Shown here piece after piece: positions 10,576 to 20,751 of a stretch of 64,000 bases of DNA. Numbering within the stretch: position 1 is the stretch's first letter; each line of letters begins with the position of its first letter. The position numbers and the translations under genes were made by a program. This DNA comes from a virus: positions 27,376 through 91,375 of IMG/VR virus record IMGVR_UViG_3300028844_006574; one strand, 5' to 3'. A model generated the notes under the pieces. That model made no database searches. It saw nothing but the letters and a program-made list of their open reading frames with translations, and was not told the DNA's origin.

Positions 10576-11072
10576 TTATCCGTTTGTTCTACATCAGAAA
10601 CTTCAGCTTCTACAACTACACTATCCTCTAACATTTTTTTGAAAATCTCTTCTCTCGTACCCACAAGTTTCATCATGTTGTTATCAGTGTTGATCTCTTT
10701 CTTAGCTTCTATATCCATTTGTTTTATCCGGACCTGTGTATCTACACGTTGATTACTAGTATGTAGTTTGGTTAAGTTATCAATCGCAGTACTTGTAGCT
10801 TTCAATAACTCTGCAAAGCTACCTATATCTTCTGCATTAGGGGCAGCTGCAACATACTGTTTCATAATCTGTAAGACATCAACACTATCTTTAATAAGAA
10901 TACCCTGATTGTCTAAAATAAATTGTTCTAATTGATCTTTGTTGAGATTAACCTTTTCAGCCACTTCGACTAACTCACTAGTTTGGGCAGACCCACCCTG
11001 TAGTTGTTCGATTAAATCTTGAACATTGTCAAAAGGGTCTTGTTCTTGTGAATCAACCTCGGTCATAATCAT
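10572..11072 (-). CDS. gp16: Terminase small subunit gp16-like
   Basis: LIKDSVDVLQIM...AELLKATSTAIDNLTKLH...NNMMKLVGTREEIFKKM parallels the marine T4-like gp16 pattern (LIEKG..AL...A.LIK......L..L...NNA+FVGST.EL.K.L). Confidence 0.6.
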   Translation of the reverse strand: MIMTEVDSQEQDPFDNVQDLIEQLQGGSAQTSELVEVAEKVNLNKDQLEQFILDNQGILIKDSVDVLQIMKQYVAAAPNAEDIGSFAELLKATSTAIDNLTKLHTSNQRVDTQVRIKQMDIEAKKEINTDNNMMKLVGTREEIFKKMLEDSVVVEAEVSDVEQTDN

Positions 11073-11406
11073 CCTGTACTCTCACAATATCATCTTCACC
11101 GAAATAAGTACCGGTCTGTACCTCGATCAATATCATCATTTCATCATCACCAGGATTGGCCATTCGATGCTTCGCACCTAGAGGTATCAATACAGTTTCT
11201 CCAGGTTTGTAATCCTCAGTCACATCATCCAATGTGATTCTAGCAACACCACTCACCACCGTCCACGCCTCTTGCCGTTTATGGTGATATTGATAACTCA
11301 AACGCTGCCCAGGCTTTACATATATACGCTTAACTTTACAATACTCGGCATCCAAAAGAATTTCGTAGTTACCCCAAGGTCTTACAGATTCATCATCAAC
11401 TTTCAT
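11053..11406 (-). CDS. Stand-alone type II mannose-6-phosphate isomerase cupin domain
   Basis: RPWGNY, VKRIYVKPGQRLSYQYHHKRQEAWTVVSG, HRMANPG and IEVQTGTYFGEDDIVR match the ManC/PMI C-terminal cupin. Confidence 0.9.
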   Translation of the reverse strand: MKVDDESVRPWGNYEILLDAEYCKVKRIYVKPGQRLSYQYHHKRQEAWTVVSGVARITLDDVTEDYKPGETVLIPLGAKHRMANPGDDEMMILIEVQTGTYFGEDDIVRVQDDYDRG

Positions 11407-11426
11407 GTTATTATTTACACCCAGCC

Positions 11427-11455
11427 TTGAAATATCTCAACAAATATAATATAAT
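11427..11455 (+). promoter_or_regulatory. Sigma70-type promoter for the dUTPase/clamp-loader unit
   Basis: TTGAAA (11427-32), 17 nt, TATAAT (11450-55); the ATG at 11461 is 5 nt downstream. Confidence 0.75.
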
Positions 11456-11460
11456 AAGGT

Positions 11461-11610
11461 ATGATCAACATAACAGTAAACGGGGTAGATTATAAATTAC
11501 CAATAGAAAAGTTGTCAATACTACTAACATGGTTGCAGAGCAACGGGGCAGTAAAGGTGCTAGAATCATCAAACCCAGATGCACAAGGACGTACTTTGAT
11601 AAATGAATAA
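11461..11610 (+). CDS. Small hypothetical protein (49 aa, absent from ORF track)
   Basis: MINITVNGVDYKLPIEKLSILLTWLQSNGAVKVLESSNPDAQGRTLINE*. It fills the gap between the promoter and dUTPase and overlaps the dUTPase start. Confidence 0.65.
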   Translation: MINITVNGVDYKLPIEKLSILLTWLQSNGAVKVLESSNPDAQGRTLINE

Positions 11611-12286
11611 CCCAGTATTAAAATTTAAAAAAACACATGATGCCGCGGTGCTCCCCAAGGCAAACAGCGATAAACCGTACTTCGGTGACACGGGATACGA
11701 TTTGACCGCTGTCGAAAGCGCTTGGATACCTCCTGGAACAAGTAGAGTTGTTGAGGTGGGGTTGACACTAGCAGATATCACACCAGGGTACTGGTTCAGG
11801 ATTGAACCTAGAAGCGGTCTCGGTTTCAAAAACAGTATTCAACCACATCTAGGTGTGATTGATAATGGTTACCGTGGTGACCTGGGCGTGAAGTTGTACA
11901 ATTTTCATGAAACTAAAGATTTACAGGTCAAAGCTGGTGATAAAATCGCTCAAATTGTTGTATATCCACTGATACAACCAGAATGTGAGTGGTCTGATCA
12001 AGTGACTGAAACAGATCGAGGTGACAAAGGATTCGGATCATCTGATAAAAATCTAGGATTACCACCATTGCGTGAAAGAATTCGAGATACTTCAAAACTA
12101 TCAACGGACATGCAAGATATAAAAGAAAAGGTGTTGAGAGTCAAATCAACCGATGATTGGTGGTCATATGCTGATACATACACTAAAGAAAAGTTGGACT
12201 CTGGTGAATATATACGTAATCCAATGAAAATGGATGAAGGAGACCCGGATTTTATTAAAAACCCGGATTATGAGCAAGAGAAGTAA
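11603..12286 (+). CDS. dut: Trimeric dUTPase with ~80 aa C-terminal extension
   Basis: All five motifs are present: GDTGYDL, PRSGLG, GVIDNGYRG, GDKIAQ, RGDKGFGSS. Confidence 0.95.
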   Translation: MNNPVLKFKKTHDAAVLPKANSDKPYFGDTGYDLTAVESAWIPPGTSRVVEVGLTLADITPGYWFRIEPRSGLGFKNSIQPHLGVIDNGYRGDLGVKLYNFHETKDLQVKAGDKIAQIVVYPLIQPECEWSDQVTETDRGDKGFGSSDKNLGLPPLRERIRDTSKLSTDMQDIKEKVLRVKSTDDWWSYADTYTKEKLDSGEYIRNPMKMDEGDPDFIKNPDYEQEK

Positions 12287-12419
12287 AAAACCTACAATTA
12301 AAAAAATAAGAGGTGGGTGGATGTTTTACAACCATGATACGCTATTGATCAGTAATAGTAAATCGGATAAAGAGTATATGATATATAAAGTCAAAAAAAT
12401 AAAAAATGAACAAATTTGA
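12270..12419 (+). CDS. Small basic hypothetical protein
   Basis: The ATG at 12270 gives MSKRSKKPTIKKIRGGWMFYNHDTLL...; it bridges dut and gp44 with short overlaps. Confidence 0.45.
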   Translation: MSKRSKKPTIKKIRGGWMFYNHDTLLISNSKSDKEYMIYKVKKIKNEQI

Positions 12420-13335
12420 TAGCCTGTGGGTAGAGAAGTATCGCCCCGGTACTCTTGATGAAATGATCTTGACCGAATCAACAAGATCAGCATTTGATAA
12501 GTTCAAACAACAACAAGAGATACCCAACATACTGTTCATAGGCAACGCCGGTATCGGAAAAACAAGCCTGGCTAAAGTGATTGTTAAAGATATTCTTGAA
12601 GAAACACAATATTTGTACATCAACGCTAGTGATGAAAATGGAATTGACACGATCAGATTAGCAGTAACCAACTTCGCTAAAACCAGATCATTAGGTAGTT
12701 CATTGAAAGTGGTGATTCTAGACGAGGTTGACGGACTGACAATTGATGCTCAACGTGCTTTGCGTAACACAATGGAAGAATACAGTGGTAACACACGGTT
12801 CATACTCACCGCTAACTACAAACATCGGGTGATCCAACCATTACAGTCAAGGTCACAGTCATTTGACTTGACACCACCTATTAAAGGCTGTGTGAATCGT
12901 GTGGTACAGATACTCAAACAAGAGAATATCAAAGTTTCCGACGATCAGAAACAACTCATCTCGCAGTTGATAAAGACTTTCTATCCAGATCTCAGAAAAA
13001 CGATCAACGAACTACAAAAGTGCTGTATTAACGGTGAATTGAAGATCTCATCATACGAAAAACATGATGATTTCATCAAACAAATTTTTGAGACGTTGAA
13101 ACAAGACAGTTTACAAGTGAGAAAGCTTGTGATCCAGCATGAACAACTGTTCAACAACGATTATGCTAGTTTACTCAAGCAGATGTTCGATTATATAGTG
13201 GACACCCTACCATCCAACCCGAAAACTAAAAAATATTTGTTGGTTATATCGGAGCATCTGTATAGATCCGCGTTTGTGTTGGACCAAGAGATAAATTTTT
13301 ACAGCTGCTGCATATCTCTAGAGTCGATAGAATAA
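12406..13335 (+). CDS. gp44: Sliding-clamp loader AAA+ subunit (gp44 / RFC small subunit)
   Basis: LWVEKYRP, Walker A GNAGIGKT, YINASDENGIDTIR, ILDEVD, AQRALR, PLQSR. Confidence 0.95.
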   Translation: MNKFDSLWVEKYRPGTLDEMILTESTRSAFDKFKQQQEIPNILFIGNAGIGKTSLAKVIVKDILEETQYLYINASDENGIDTIRLAVTNFAKTRSLGSSLKVVILDEVDGLTIDAQRALRNTMEEYSGNTRFILTANYKHRVIQPLQSRSQSFDLTPPIKGCVNRVVQILKQENIKVSDDQKQLISQLIKTFYPDLRKTINELQKCCINGELKISSYEKHDDFIKQIFETLKQDSLQVRKLVIQHEQLFNNDYASLLKQMFDYIVDTLPSNPKTKKYLLVISEHLYRSAFVLDQEINFYSCCISLESIE

Positions 13336-13407
13336 ATACTTACATGAGAGTAGTTATAGTAAGTAGATAACGATTTTATTGGATTGTATCTACATAAAGA
13401 TGGTGAC

Positions 13408-13530
13408 ATGCAACACATGCAACGAGAGTGGTACTGGATTATCGCGTTGTTTTTGTTTTTTTTAGAACGAGAAGCAGTGGTAGATATCATGGTGATGATA
13501 CTCACCATTGTGTTGAAAGCTCTAGATTAG
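13408..13530 (+). CDS. Small membrane peptide (40 aa), possibly the 3' part of a frameshifted gene
   Basis: MQHMQREWYWIIALFLFFLEREAVVDIMVMILTIVLKALD* has two hydrophobic stretches and lies downstream of TAAATA at 13333-38. Confidence 0.4.
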   Translation: MQHMQREWYWIIALFLFFLEREAVVDIMVMILTIVLKALD

Positions 13531-13781
13531 TCTTTCTTGAGCTGATCAGCAGTTTTTTTCAACCGTCTTCCGGTTTTATCATCTTTGTAGACTACTAGTC
13601 TACCGGGCATGTTTTCACCACCTTTACCATCATCAACTTTAGGTAGTTTTTCAATATCTTCAACATCACCCTCTGAACCTACATGTTCACAGTCAGGGTT
13701 TACATTTTTAACATGATCCCCTTTGTGAAGATCTCTTGCCATCACTTCAGAAACGTATTGTCTGAATGTGATTAGTTTCAT
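13527..13781 (-). CDS. Hypothetical protein, candidate head-internal protein
   Basis: The N-terminus MKLITFRQYVSE resembles the T4 internal-protein capsid-targeting sequence. Confidence 0.65.
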   Translation of the reverse strand: MKLITFRQYVSEVMARDLHKGDHVKNVNPDCEHVGSEGDVEDIEKLPKVDDGKGGENMPGRLVVYKDDKTGRRLKKTADQLKKD

Positions 13782-14381
13782 TTAACCTCTTGGCATGTAG
13801 TTTGTGGTGTAGTTACCACCACTCGCACCTGCTGTATTTTTTACCGGTAACGAGTGATCAGTATCCTTCAATTTACCTCTACCATCATCTGCCTTGAGTG
13901 TTTGATTCTCCGGACTGTCAGCAACTTCATCATCATTCAACGGCTTGACCGGTTCTGGCTTGATAGTGACGCGTTCAGGACCTCTCCAACTATCGGGTAT
14001 AGGAGCAGTTGCTCGATCACCGGTTGTTGCTAATACTTCGCACAAATTAGCCGGTAATTCAATTTTAGAATTAGGGCATTGGAACCCCGGAGCTAATTCT
14101 CTTGCGATAACAGCGCTAATGTTGTCATGGTCTCCGGTGACACCGTCAACAAACAAATTCAAATCACCATCATGTAACTCTTTAACAATTTGTTGTATCT
14201 CTGGAGGTTGACCCTTGAACCATTCACTTGATATAATCTTTTCTACAAACTTGACCCTATCACCTGGCTGCAAACCCCCGGTACGCTCTCTATTATGAGG
14301 TATTCTAAACTGTGTAGATTCATCAACTACCTCAAATCTCTTCATTTCTCTTTCAAACGATTCATTAAATTTGTTACTCAT
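13782..14381 (-). CDS. Hypothetical late protein
   Basis: 199 aa with TAAATA 8 nt upstream on the minus strand; GGLQPGDRVKF is an SH3/KOW-like start. Confidence 0.7.
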   Translation of the reverse strand: MSNKFNESFEREMKRFEVVDESTQFRIPHNRERTGGLQPGDRVKFVEKIISSEWFKGQPPEIQQIVKELHDGDLNLFVDGVTGDHDNISAVIARELAPGFQCPNSKIELPANLCEVLATTGDRATAPIPDSWRGPERVTIKPEPVKPLNDDEVADSPENQTLKADDGRGKLKDTDHSLPVKNTAGASGGNYTTNYMPRG

Positions 14382-14460
14382 GGTAGAATTATTTATTCCA
14401 ACACGCTAGATTTAAACCTATCAACTTGTTGTTAATCAAGTTTCTTAAATAAATAATCAT

Positions 14461-14961
14461 ATGGCCATAAAAATACGTTCACTGGAACCAAAAAAAGGAA
14501 CCGGTACTCTAACACAAGGAGACAGTACATACAGAGACTTGGCTCTGGATTTTTCTATGGAATCCATTGGATCGTCCAAAAAACTCTTTGCGAGCAATGT
14601 ACAGAAAGATTTAAACACTAATACCGATTTTACCGCTATTGACAATAGTATATCTAATATATTCAACACTGCACCTGGTCAAAAAATATTGAATCCTGCA
14701 TTCGGGGCCGATTTGAAACGGTACTTGTTCCAACCGGTTTCAGAACCAACAGCTAAAATATTAGGTGAGGTGATACTCAACGCATTACAATTGTACGAAC
14801 CAAGGGTCAAAGTTAAAAACATAGATATAAAAGCCTTCCCGGACGATAACATGTACAAGATTGACATTTATTGTGATATAAAATCTCTGGCTGATAAACA
14901 ATACAAATTCACCGGTTCACTATCACAACGGGGTATGGTGAGCACTTCGGTATCCTACTAA
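14461..14961 (+). CDS. gp25: Baseplate wedge subunit gp25
   Basis: YRDLALDF, AIDNSISNIFNTAPGQKILNPAFGADLKRYLFQP, YEPRVKV. Confidence 0.92.
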   Translation: MAIKIRSLEPKKGTGTLTQGDSTYRDLALDFSMESIGSSKKLFASNVQKDLNTNTDFTAIDNSISNIFNTAPGQKILNPAFGADLKRYLFQPVSEPTAKILGEVILNALQLYEPRVKVKNIDIKAFPDDNMYKIDIYCDIKSLADKQYKFTGSLSQRGMVSTSVSY

Positions 14962-14963
14962 TA

Positions 14964-16901
14964 ATGAGCACATACAGAACAAACAACGACCAATTAGAAT
15001 TTTCGTTACCCAAGAGTGGGTATGCAGCATTTGACGCTGCTAGTCTCAAAAACTTAATTATAGAACGTCTCAACAGCAACGAGGTGTTCACTGATCAAAA
15101 CTATGAAGGTAGTAACATAAATGCTTTTATTGATATAATAAGCTATGCCTACCATGTACTGTTGTTTTATCTTAACGATACTAGTAATGAGGCCATGTTT
15201 TCAGAATCACAAATATATGAAAATATAAACCGTATTGTAAAAAGTATAGATTACAAACCTGTTGGTACCCAGTCACCAGTTTTAACAATAAATGTTGTAG
15301 CATCTGATCAGTTAATAGCTGGTACCTACACGATACCTAGGTATACATATATTGACGTCGGCGGCTTCAGGTACAGTTTTAATAGGGATATAACATTTGT
15401 TAAAACAACTAATGACGAACAGGATCTAATACAAATCTCCGGAAACACGTTATTATATCAAGGAAGTTACAAGGAGTATCCAACCTATACTGCCACTGGA
15501 GAACCTAACGAGACTATCACATTAGTACCCGGAGAAGGTGTAAATGTCGACCATTTCAATATCGATGTATATGTACAAGAAGGTGGTAACAACGGACAGT
15601 ATCATAAATATGACACTACAACATCATTGTTGTTCGAGAGACCCACCTCTAGGAAAGTAGAAATCCGATTGAATGAAAACAAACGCTATGAAATAAAGTT
15701 CGGTAACGGTGTAAACGGTAGACAAATACAATCTGGAGATCAAATATATATCTATTACTTATCAACAGACGGTATCGCTGGAGAAATCAGCGAAAATGAC
15801 GCATACCGGAAATCGATGAGTATGTATCAGTCTGTGCAGTTTGAAACACTGAAACAAAGTAATAACATAAAAGGAGATGGTGTTGTATACCTAGTCCAGT
15901 CTGAAGCTGACCAGGTGCTAGTCTCTAACCCGGAACCAAGTTCCAAATATTATGAAGGAGAAACAGTTGAAGATATACGTAAAAATTCTCCACAAACATT
16001 TTCATCACAATACAGACTGGTGAGCTTGACTGATTTTGAAAACTATATAAGAACAAATTTTAGTAACTTCATATCTGATGTCAAAGCTGTAAACAACGAT
16101 ACATATTTAGACACACATATAAAATACTATTATGACTTAGGTTTAAAATCACCTAGTTTAGAGAGTCGCGTGTTGTACAATCAAGTGCAGTTTAGCTCAA
16201 GCTGCAATTTCAACAATGTGTACATGTATTGTGTACCAAGACTGGAAAAAACTACTACTGTAACAAAGAGAAACAATTATTTAACATCCGCGCAAAAAGA
16301 AATCATGATTGATAGGATTTCACAAATAAAAACTGTTACATCCGAACCAATAATTATGGACCCTGTATATGTAGGTGTAACAGTAGGTCTCAAAGGACAG
16401 GACGAAGTAATTAATATAGAGAGTCTAAACAATACACAGATCCTAATAGTACAAGATGATAATAGTAGAGCAAACAGTAATGATATAATACAAAAAGTTA
16501 TAGCTATATTTAAAAATTATTTCACCGGGTCAGCCGCTAAAATAGGTATGGTCATAGATTTAACAACAATCAGTAACAGTATATTAACAATACAAGGGGT
16601 TTCAACGTTTTACACATACCGACCAGATTTGAGCAACACATATATAGAAGGTATGTCACTAGTAATACGTAACCCTGTATATGAAGCAGATATAAAACAG
16701 ACTACACAAAATTTTGCATTACCATTATTCAAGTTTCCATTTTTTGAGAATATAGATAGTCTCGGTAACAGTATTAGAGTAGCTAGAACAAGTGAGGTAA
16801 CTAATATATTAGCCTCCGGTGGTGGCGTAACGACTATTGTAGAACAGTCTAGTATTTCTACTTCCGGATCTGATACAACCACCGGCAATTCTAGTTATTA
16901 A
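14964..16901 (+). CDS. gp6: Baseplate wedge subunit gp6
   Basis: FTDQNYEGSNINAFIDIISY, YEIKFGNGVNG, ETVEDIRKNSPQTFSSQYRLVSLTDFE; follows gp25. Confidence 0.9.
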   Translation: MSTYRTNNDQLEFSLPKSGYAAFDAASLKNLIIERLNSNEVFTDQNYEGSNINAFIDIISYAYHVLLFYLNDTSNEAMFSESQIYENINRIVKSIDYKPVGTQSPVLTINVVASDQLIAGTYTIPRYTYIDVGGFRYSFNRDITFVKTTNDEQDLIQISGNTLLYQGSYKEYPTYTATGEPNETITLVPGEGVNVDHFNIDVYVQEGGNNGQYHKYDTTTSLLFERPTSRKVEIRLNENKRYEIKFGNGVNGRQIQSGDQIYIYYLSTDGIAGEISENDAYRKSMSMYQSVQFETLKQSNNIKGDGVVYLVQSEADQVLVSNPEPSSKYYEGETVEDIRKNSPQTFSSQYRLVSLTDFENYIRTNFSNFISDVKAVNNDTYLDTHIKYYYDLGLKSPSLESRVLYNQVQFSSSCNFNNVYMYCVPRLEKTTTVTKRNNYLTSAQKEIMIDRISQIKTVTSEPIIMDPVYVGVTVGLKGQDEVINIESLNNTQILIVQDDNSRANSNDIIQKVIAIFKNYFTGSAAKIGMVIDLTTISNSILTIQGVSTFYTYRPDLSNTYIEGMSLVIRNPVYEADIKQTTQNFALPLFKFPFFENIDSLGNSIRVARTSEVTNILASGGGVTTIVEQSSISTSGSDTTTGNSSY

Positions 16902-16903
16902 TA

Positions 16904-19900
16904 ATGAGTTCAACTACAGACTTACAATTTACTGTTTTAGCAGCAGAACAGATATATACAAACGAGTTAACCCCTGTTACTGCAGTCCCATGGCCTGATA
17001 GGTATACAAACACAACACTACCGTACGCTACAGTAAATTTTTCAGAAGAAAATATGATATGGGATTTTGGAGACGGTACTACTTATACAGGTGTATCTGC
17101 AGTGCATATATACAATTGGCCAGGTGAATATACAATTAAATTGACTATAATTGATGAGTTCGGAGAAACAGTTATATCCACATACGAAGAAACAATAATA
17201 GTAAAAGATTTTATATTAACACAGTTAGGTTTTCGAGAACTATTAGATGTTATCGACATCCCTTCCGGTAGATTGGTTAGCCCTATAACCGTGGATTTTG
17301 CTCTTAGTTGGCAAAATTACGCGCAGAAACCAAGAACCGCACCGCAATGTACTGACGGTAAACAACATCTTATGAACAAAGGTACCGAACCTGGTTACTG
17401 GATGTGTGGAGAATCTCATCCCGGTCATGAGACAGCTCAACAACCAGAGGTCACCGAGTTCCCAATTTACACTTTTAATCTATTTGCTAGTGGAGCGGAA
17501 GCACAGCCATTAGATGTCATAAAATACAACAACAATAAATATAGCCATTTAGAACTAGATTGGTCATTTCATAGCGCAACACCGTCATTATCGGCCCAAC
17601 CTGTTACAGAAATATTAGCCACTAGAACCGATTTCGTAACTGGTTCAAGTGGAGATGTAAACACATATGATTTGCTATATTATAAACCAGTAGATAGTAA
17701 CAAGTATATACAAACCAGTGCATCAGACCCACAGGGTGTTTTTGTAGGATTATCAGGTAACGTATCGTTTTTCTATAGAGATGACGTAACAAAGTGTGTC
17801 AATTCTCGTAATGAACCGGTGTTAATAACAGTTGAGCTTGATCAAAAAAAAATATATGATCAATTGAGTGTTGACAAGAGAAATTTGTCAATGTACAAAT
17901 ATACCAACACTAAACCGCTCATAATAAACAATATAAAACCACGTGTTAATGAAGCAATACAGCTAGGAGTAACCTCTATTGGGTTGTCAGAGTTTGAAAT
18001 AAGTAAAAACAAGTGGGACAGTTCAATTATAAATTTTACCATTACTATACAAGATGCGTTTAATTTTAATATACTCGATTCTAAAACACTAAGTGGTGAT
18101 AGCCCGTTATCTGGTTCAGATGTACAGTTAGAATTGTTGGATAGTACTACAATGAAACCTATCACTAGCAGGAATTACGTATTTGAACAAATCACATCAG
18201 AACTAGGCCATCTACGAGGTCAACTCAAATTCAAAGGTAATATAAACGATGTGTTGATTAAAGCAACAACAACATATGACCAAACGAGTGGGTACAAAAC
18301 TGATGCGATCGCTCCATGGCTGAACTCATACCGACCCGAATTCGTAGGAACCGGTACAATATCAAACCCAGAGATATCAGAACAAGGAGGTTTATACAGG
18401 TATTACTATACAGATGTTATACAGTATAATGGTGATCAATTGACTAACAACTTTACAAATATATTGACCGGGGCTTATTTAGACGTAGATACAAATGGTG
18501 TTATATCCGATGTCATTATAGTAAACCCCGGTGAAAATTTAACGCAACCGCCGCGTATAACTGTTGAAGATGTCACCGGTAATGGAGCAGAACTAGTACC
18601 ACGTTTTAATATTGATGGTGGTATTGTGTCTGATGTTATTGTTATACAAGGTGGTCGAGGATACTCATTGACACCTACATTATTCTTCACATTAGGGGAC
18701 GCAAACGCTACAGTACCCAACGCTACGGCAGTAGTAGATTATAATCATAGAGTGGAACTCATCGCGGTTCAGCCGGCGGAACCAGGTGTAATACAACCAA
18801 AAACATGGGGGTTAGAATATGGAGAACCTGGTAATGATGAAAAACCTCCCAGGATAGTAGAAGCAACAACAAGACAGGGACTCACTAGAAGCCGTGCGTT
18901 ATCAGCAATGACCACATTCCCCGGTACTCCACGTGATATAAAACTAGACAACAACGGGAGTATATATATTGCTACAGAAAACAAAATAGTACAAATAGAC
19001 CCTAACGACTTAGAGCTGACAAATATATATGATGACAACGGTGGTGGGGTTGGTAATTTTAACTATGTACCAAACCCATCTAAAAATTTAATATTAGAGG
19101 TAGACTTAGTGAATGTATATATAGCCAATGAAACATTAATAACTAAAATAAACAAAGTTAATAATAGCGAAGTAGGAAATACTCAAAATCAAATAACATA
19201 TGATATTCAACATATATTGTTACATTTTAATGATAAACTATACTGTTTGACTAATGAACCTGGTCTTGTCGTAGTTGATAAAACAACCATGATCGTACAA
19301 GATAGTATAACGCTACCGTCTGGTAGTTACAGTGACCTAACAACAACAGTAGATGGTAAAATATACACAGTCAAGGATGCTAGATATCTATTATGTGTAG
19401 ATGTTACAGACTTGTATGTAAGAGAGGTATACGATTTCGGTCCTACCGCCTCTATACAAACTATATGTGGGGATTCCAGAGGAACAATATGGTTACCTGA
19501 CAACACCTCACGTAAACTATGGGCGATAGATGTTGTTAATGTACAAACATACAATGTGAATAGCATCCCCGGTGTGTATGAATATGGTAGCTTGAACCAT
19601 AGTGTTTACCCTACACCAGGAGACGGTATAACCACTGGTCACGTTCTAAGAGCCAAAGGTGACTGGACCGGATTTCATTGGTTACAAAAATTTGGTATCA
19701 TAAGACCTGGAGATAGAACTTTAATAGGTTACAGTTCAGTCTTCAATATAAACAATAAATCTGGTACATATAACATAAGCAAAATAAATGAAGATCATGA
19801 TCAATCCGCTACAATAAAAAGTTACGCAACTCAACCATGGATGTCTGACCAGCACAATTTGTGGGATGAAGCGGTCAAAAGCGTAGTTGGTGATGGTGAT

Positions 19901-20716
19901 TCTGAACCAACCGGACTGGGCAAGCAAGTTTACGAGAGAATCGCTAATTTTACAAATAATAACACGGACATAGACGAATGTACAATAGACAATATACATA
20001 ACCATGCATTACTATATGATGTAGATATACAGTATTATAATTTAAACTACCCACCCACTCTCAAAAGATTGTTAGATTTATGTAGTATAAAACATAGCCG
20101 GTTATTCGGTACTGTAGATTACGCTACTGAAAACTACGATATGTATACAGATTACACCATCCCGGATACTCGTGAAAATCTAGGTCGGGAAATGGACATA
20201 CATACAGCAACCATAACACCGGGGCAGAAAATCGTTGCATATGAAAGGTTCTCTAAAATCTATACACCAATAACAGTTACAAAACCCACCTCTGGTAACC
20301 TAGATCAGTACAACAATTTAGTAGATGTTAATATTGACAACAACCTGTATAAAGAAGGTGAACCATTTCCACTATCTGCATATAATGTGTTCTGGCAATG
20401 GGACCTTGTAGCCCCGGTGACGGTCAAAGGAGTTAATATAACAGATTATTATGCATTCTATACATTTAACGAGTCAACTGAATTAAATTTCGTTGAAGGT
20501 GTTATTGATTGGGACAACCCGAAAACATTTTTAACACCTACTTTAAGTTCATTTGATACATGGCAACAAGACAAAGGTATTTTAGATAATATTTTAGAAC
20601 ATCAGCTCAGAGTCGGTCTAGACCTGTTCAGTGAGACAGTAACTGGGGATATAGATGATGATGGATTAAACAATTATTATGAAACAACCACCGGTTCCAC
20701 CGTTTCAGCAAATTAA
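16904..20716 (+). CDS. Large baseplate protein (gp7-like) with PKD domain and beta-propeller-like region
   Basis: PKD motif WDFGDGTTYTGVSAVHIYNWPGEYTIKL, two V.I.N/QGG.GY...P repeats, propeller-like repeats and a helical wedge-like C-terminal part. It follows gp6. Confidence 0.6.
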   Translation: MSSTTDLQFTVLAAEQIYTNELTPVTAVPWPDRYTNTTLPYATVNFSEENMIWDFGDGTTYTGVSAVHIYNWPGEYTIKLTIIDEFGETVISTYEETIIVKDFILTQLGFRELLDVIDIPSGRLVSPITVDFALSWQNYAQKPRTAPQCTDGKQHLMNKGTEPGYWMCGESHPGHETAQQPEVTEFPIYTFNLFASGAEAQPLDVIKYNNNKYSHLELDWSFHSATPSLSAQPVTEILATRTDFVTGSSGDVNTYDLLYYKPVDSNKYIQTSASDPQGVFVGLSGNVSFFYRDDVTKCVNSRNEPVLITVELDQKKIYDQLSVDKRNLSMYKYTNTKPLIINNIKPRVNEAIQLGVTSIGLSEFEISKNKWDSSIINFTITIQDAFNFNILDSKTLSGDSPLSGSDVQLELLDSTTMKPITSRNYVFEQITSELGHLRGQLKFKGNINDVLIKATTTYDQTSGYKTDAIAPWLNSYRPEFVGTGTISNPEISEQGGLYRYYYTDVIQYNGDQLTNNFTNILTGAYLDVDTNGVISDVIIVNPGENLTQPPRITVEDVTGNGAELVPRFNIDGGIVSDVIVIQGGRGYSLTPTLFFTLGDANATVPNATAVVDYNHRVELIAVQPAEPGVIQPKTWGLEYGEPGNDEKPPRIVEATTRQGLTRSRALSAMTTFPGTPRDIKLDNNGSIYIATENKIVQIDPNDLELTNIYDDNGGGVGNFNYVPNPSKNLILEVDLVNVYIANETLITKINKVNNSEVGNTQNQITYDIQHILLHFNDKLYCLTNEPGLVVVDKTTMIVQDSITLPSGSYSDLTTTVDGKIYTVKDARYLLCVDVTDLYVREVYDFGPTASIQTICGDSRGTIWLPDNTSRKLWAIDVVNVQTYNVNSIPGVYEYGSLNHSVYPTPGDGITTGHVLRAKGDWTGFHWLQKFGIIRPGDRTLIGYSSVFNINNKSGTYNISKINEDHDQSATIKSYATQPWMSDQHNLWDEAVKSVVGDGDSEPTGLGKQVYERIANFTNNNTDIDECTIDNIHNHALLYDVDIQYYNLNYPPTLKRLLDLCSIKHSRLFGTVDYATENYDMYTDYTIPDTRENLGREMDIHTATITPGQKIVAYERFSKIYTPITVTKPTSGNLDQYNNLVDVNIDNNLYKEGEPFPLSAYNVFWQWDLVAPVTVKGVNITDYYAFYTFNESTELNFVEGVIDWDNPKTFLTPTLSSFDTWQQDKGILDNILEHQLRVGLDLFSETVTGDIDDDGLNNYYETTTGSTVSAN

Positions 20717-20751
20717 TAATTGAACCTCAATTATTAACCTATAAATATAAA

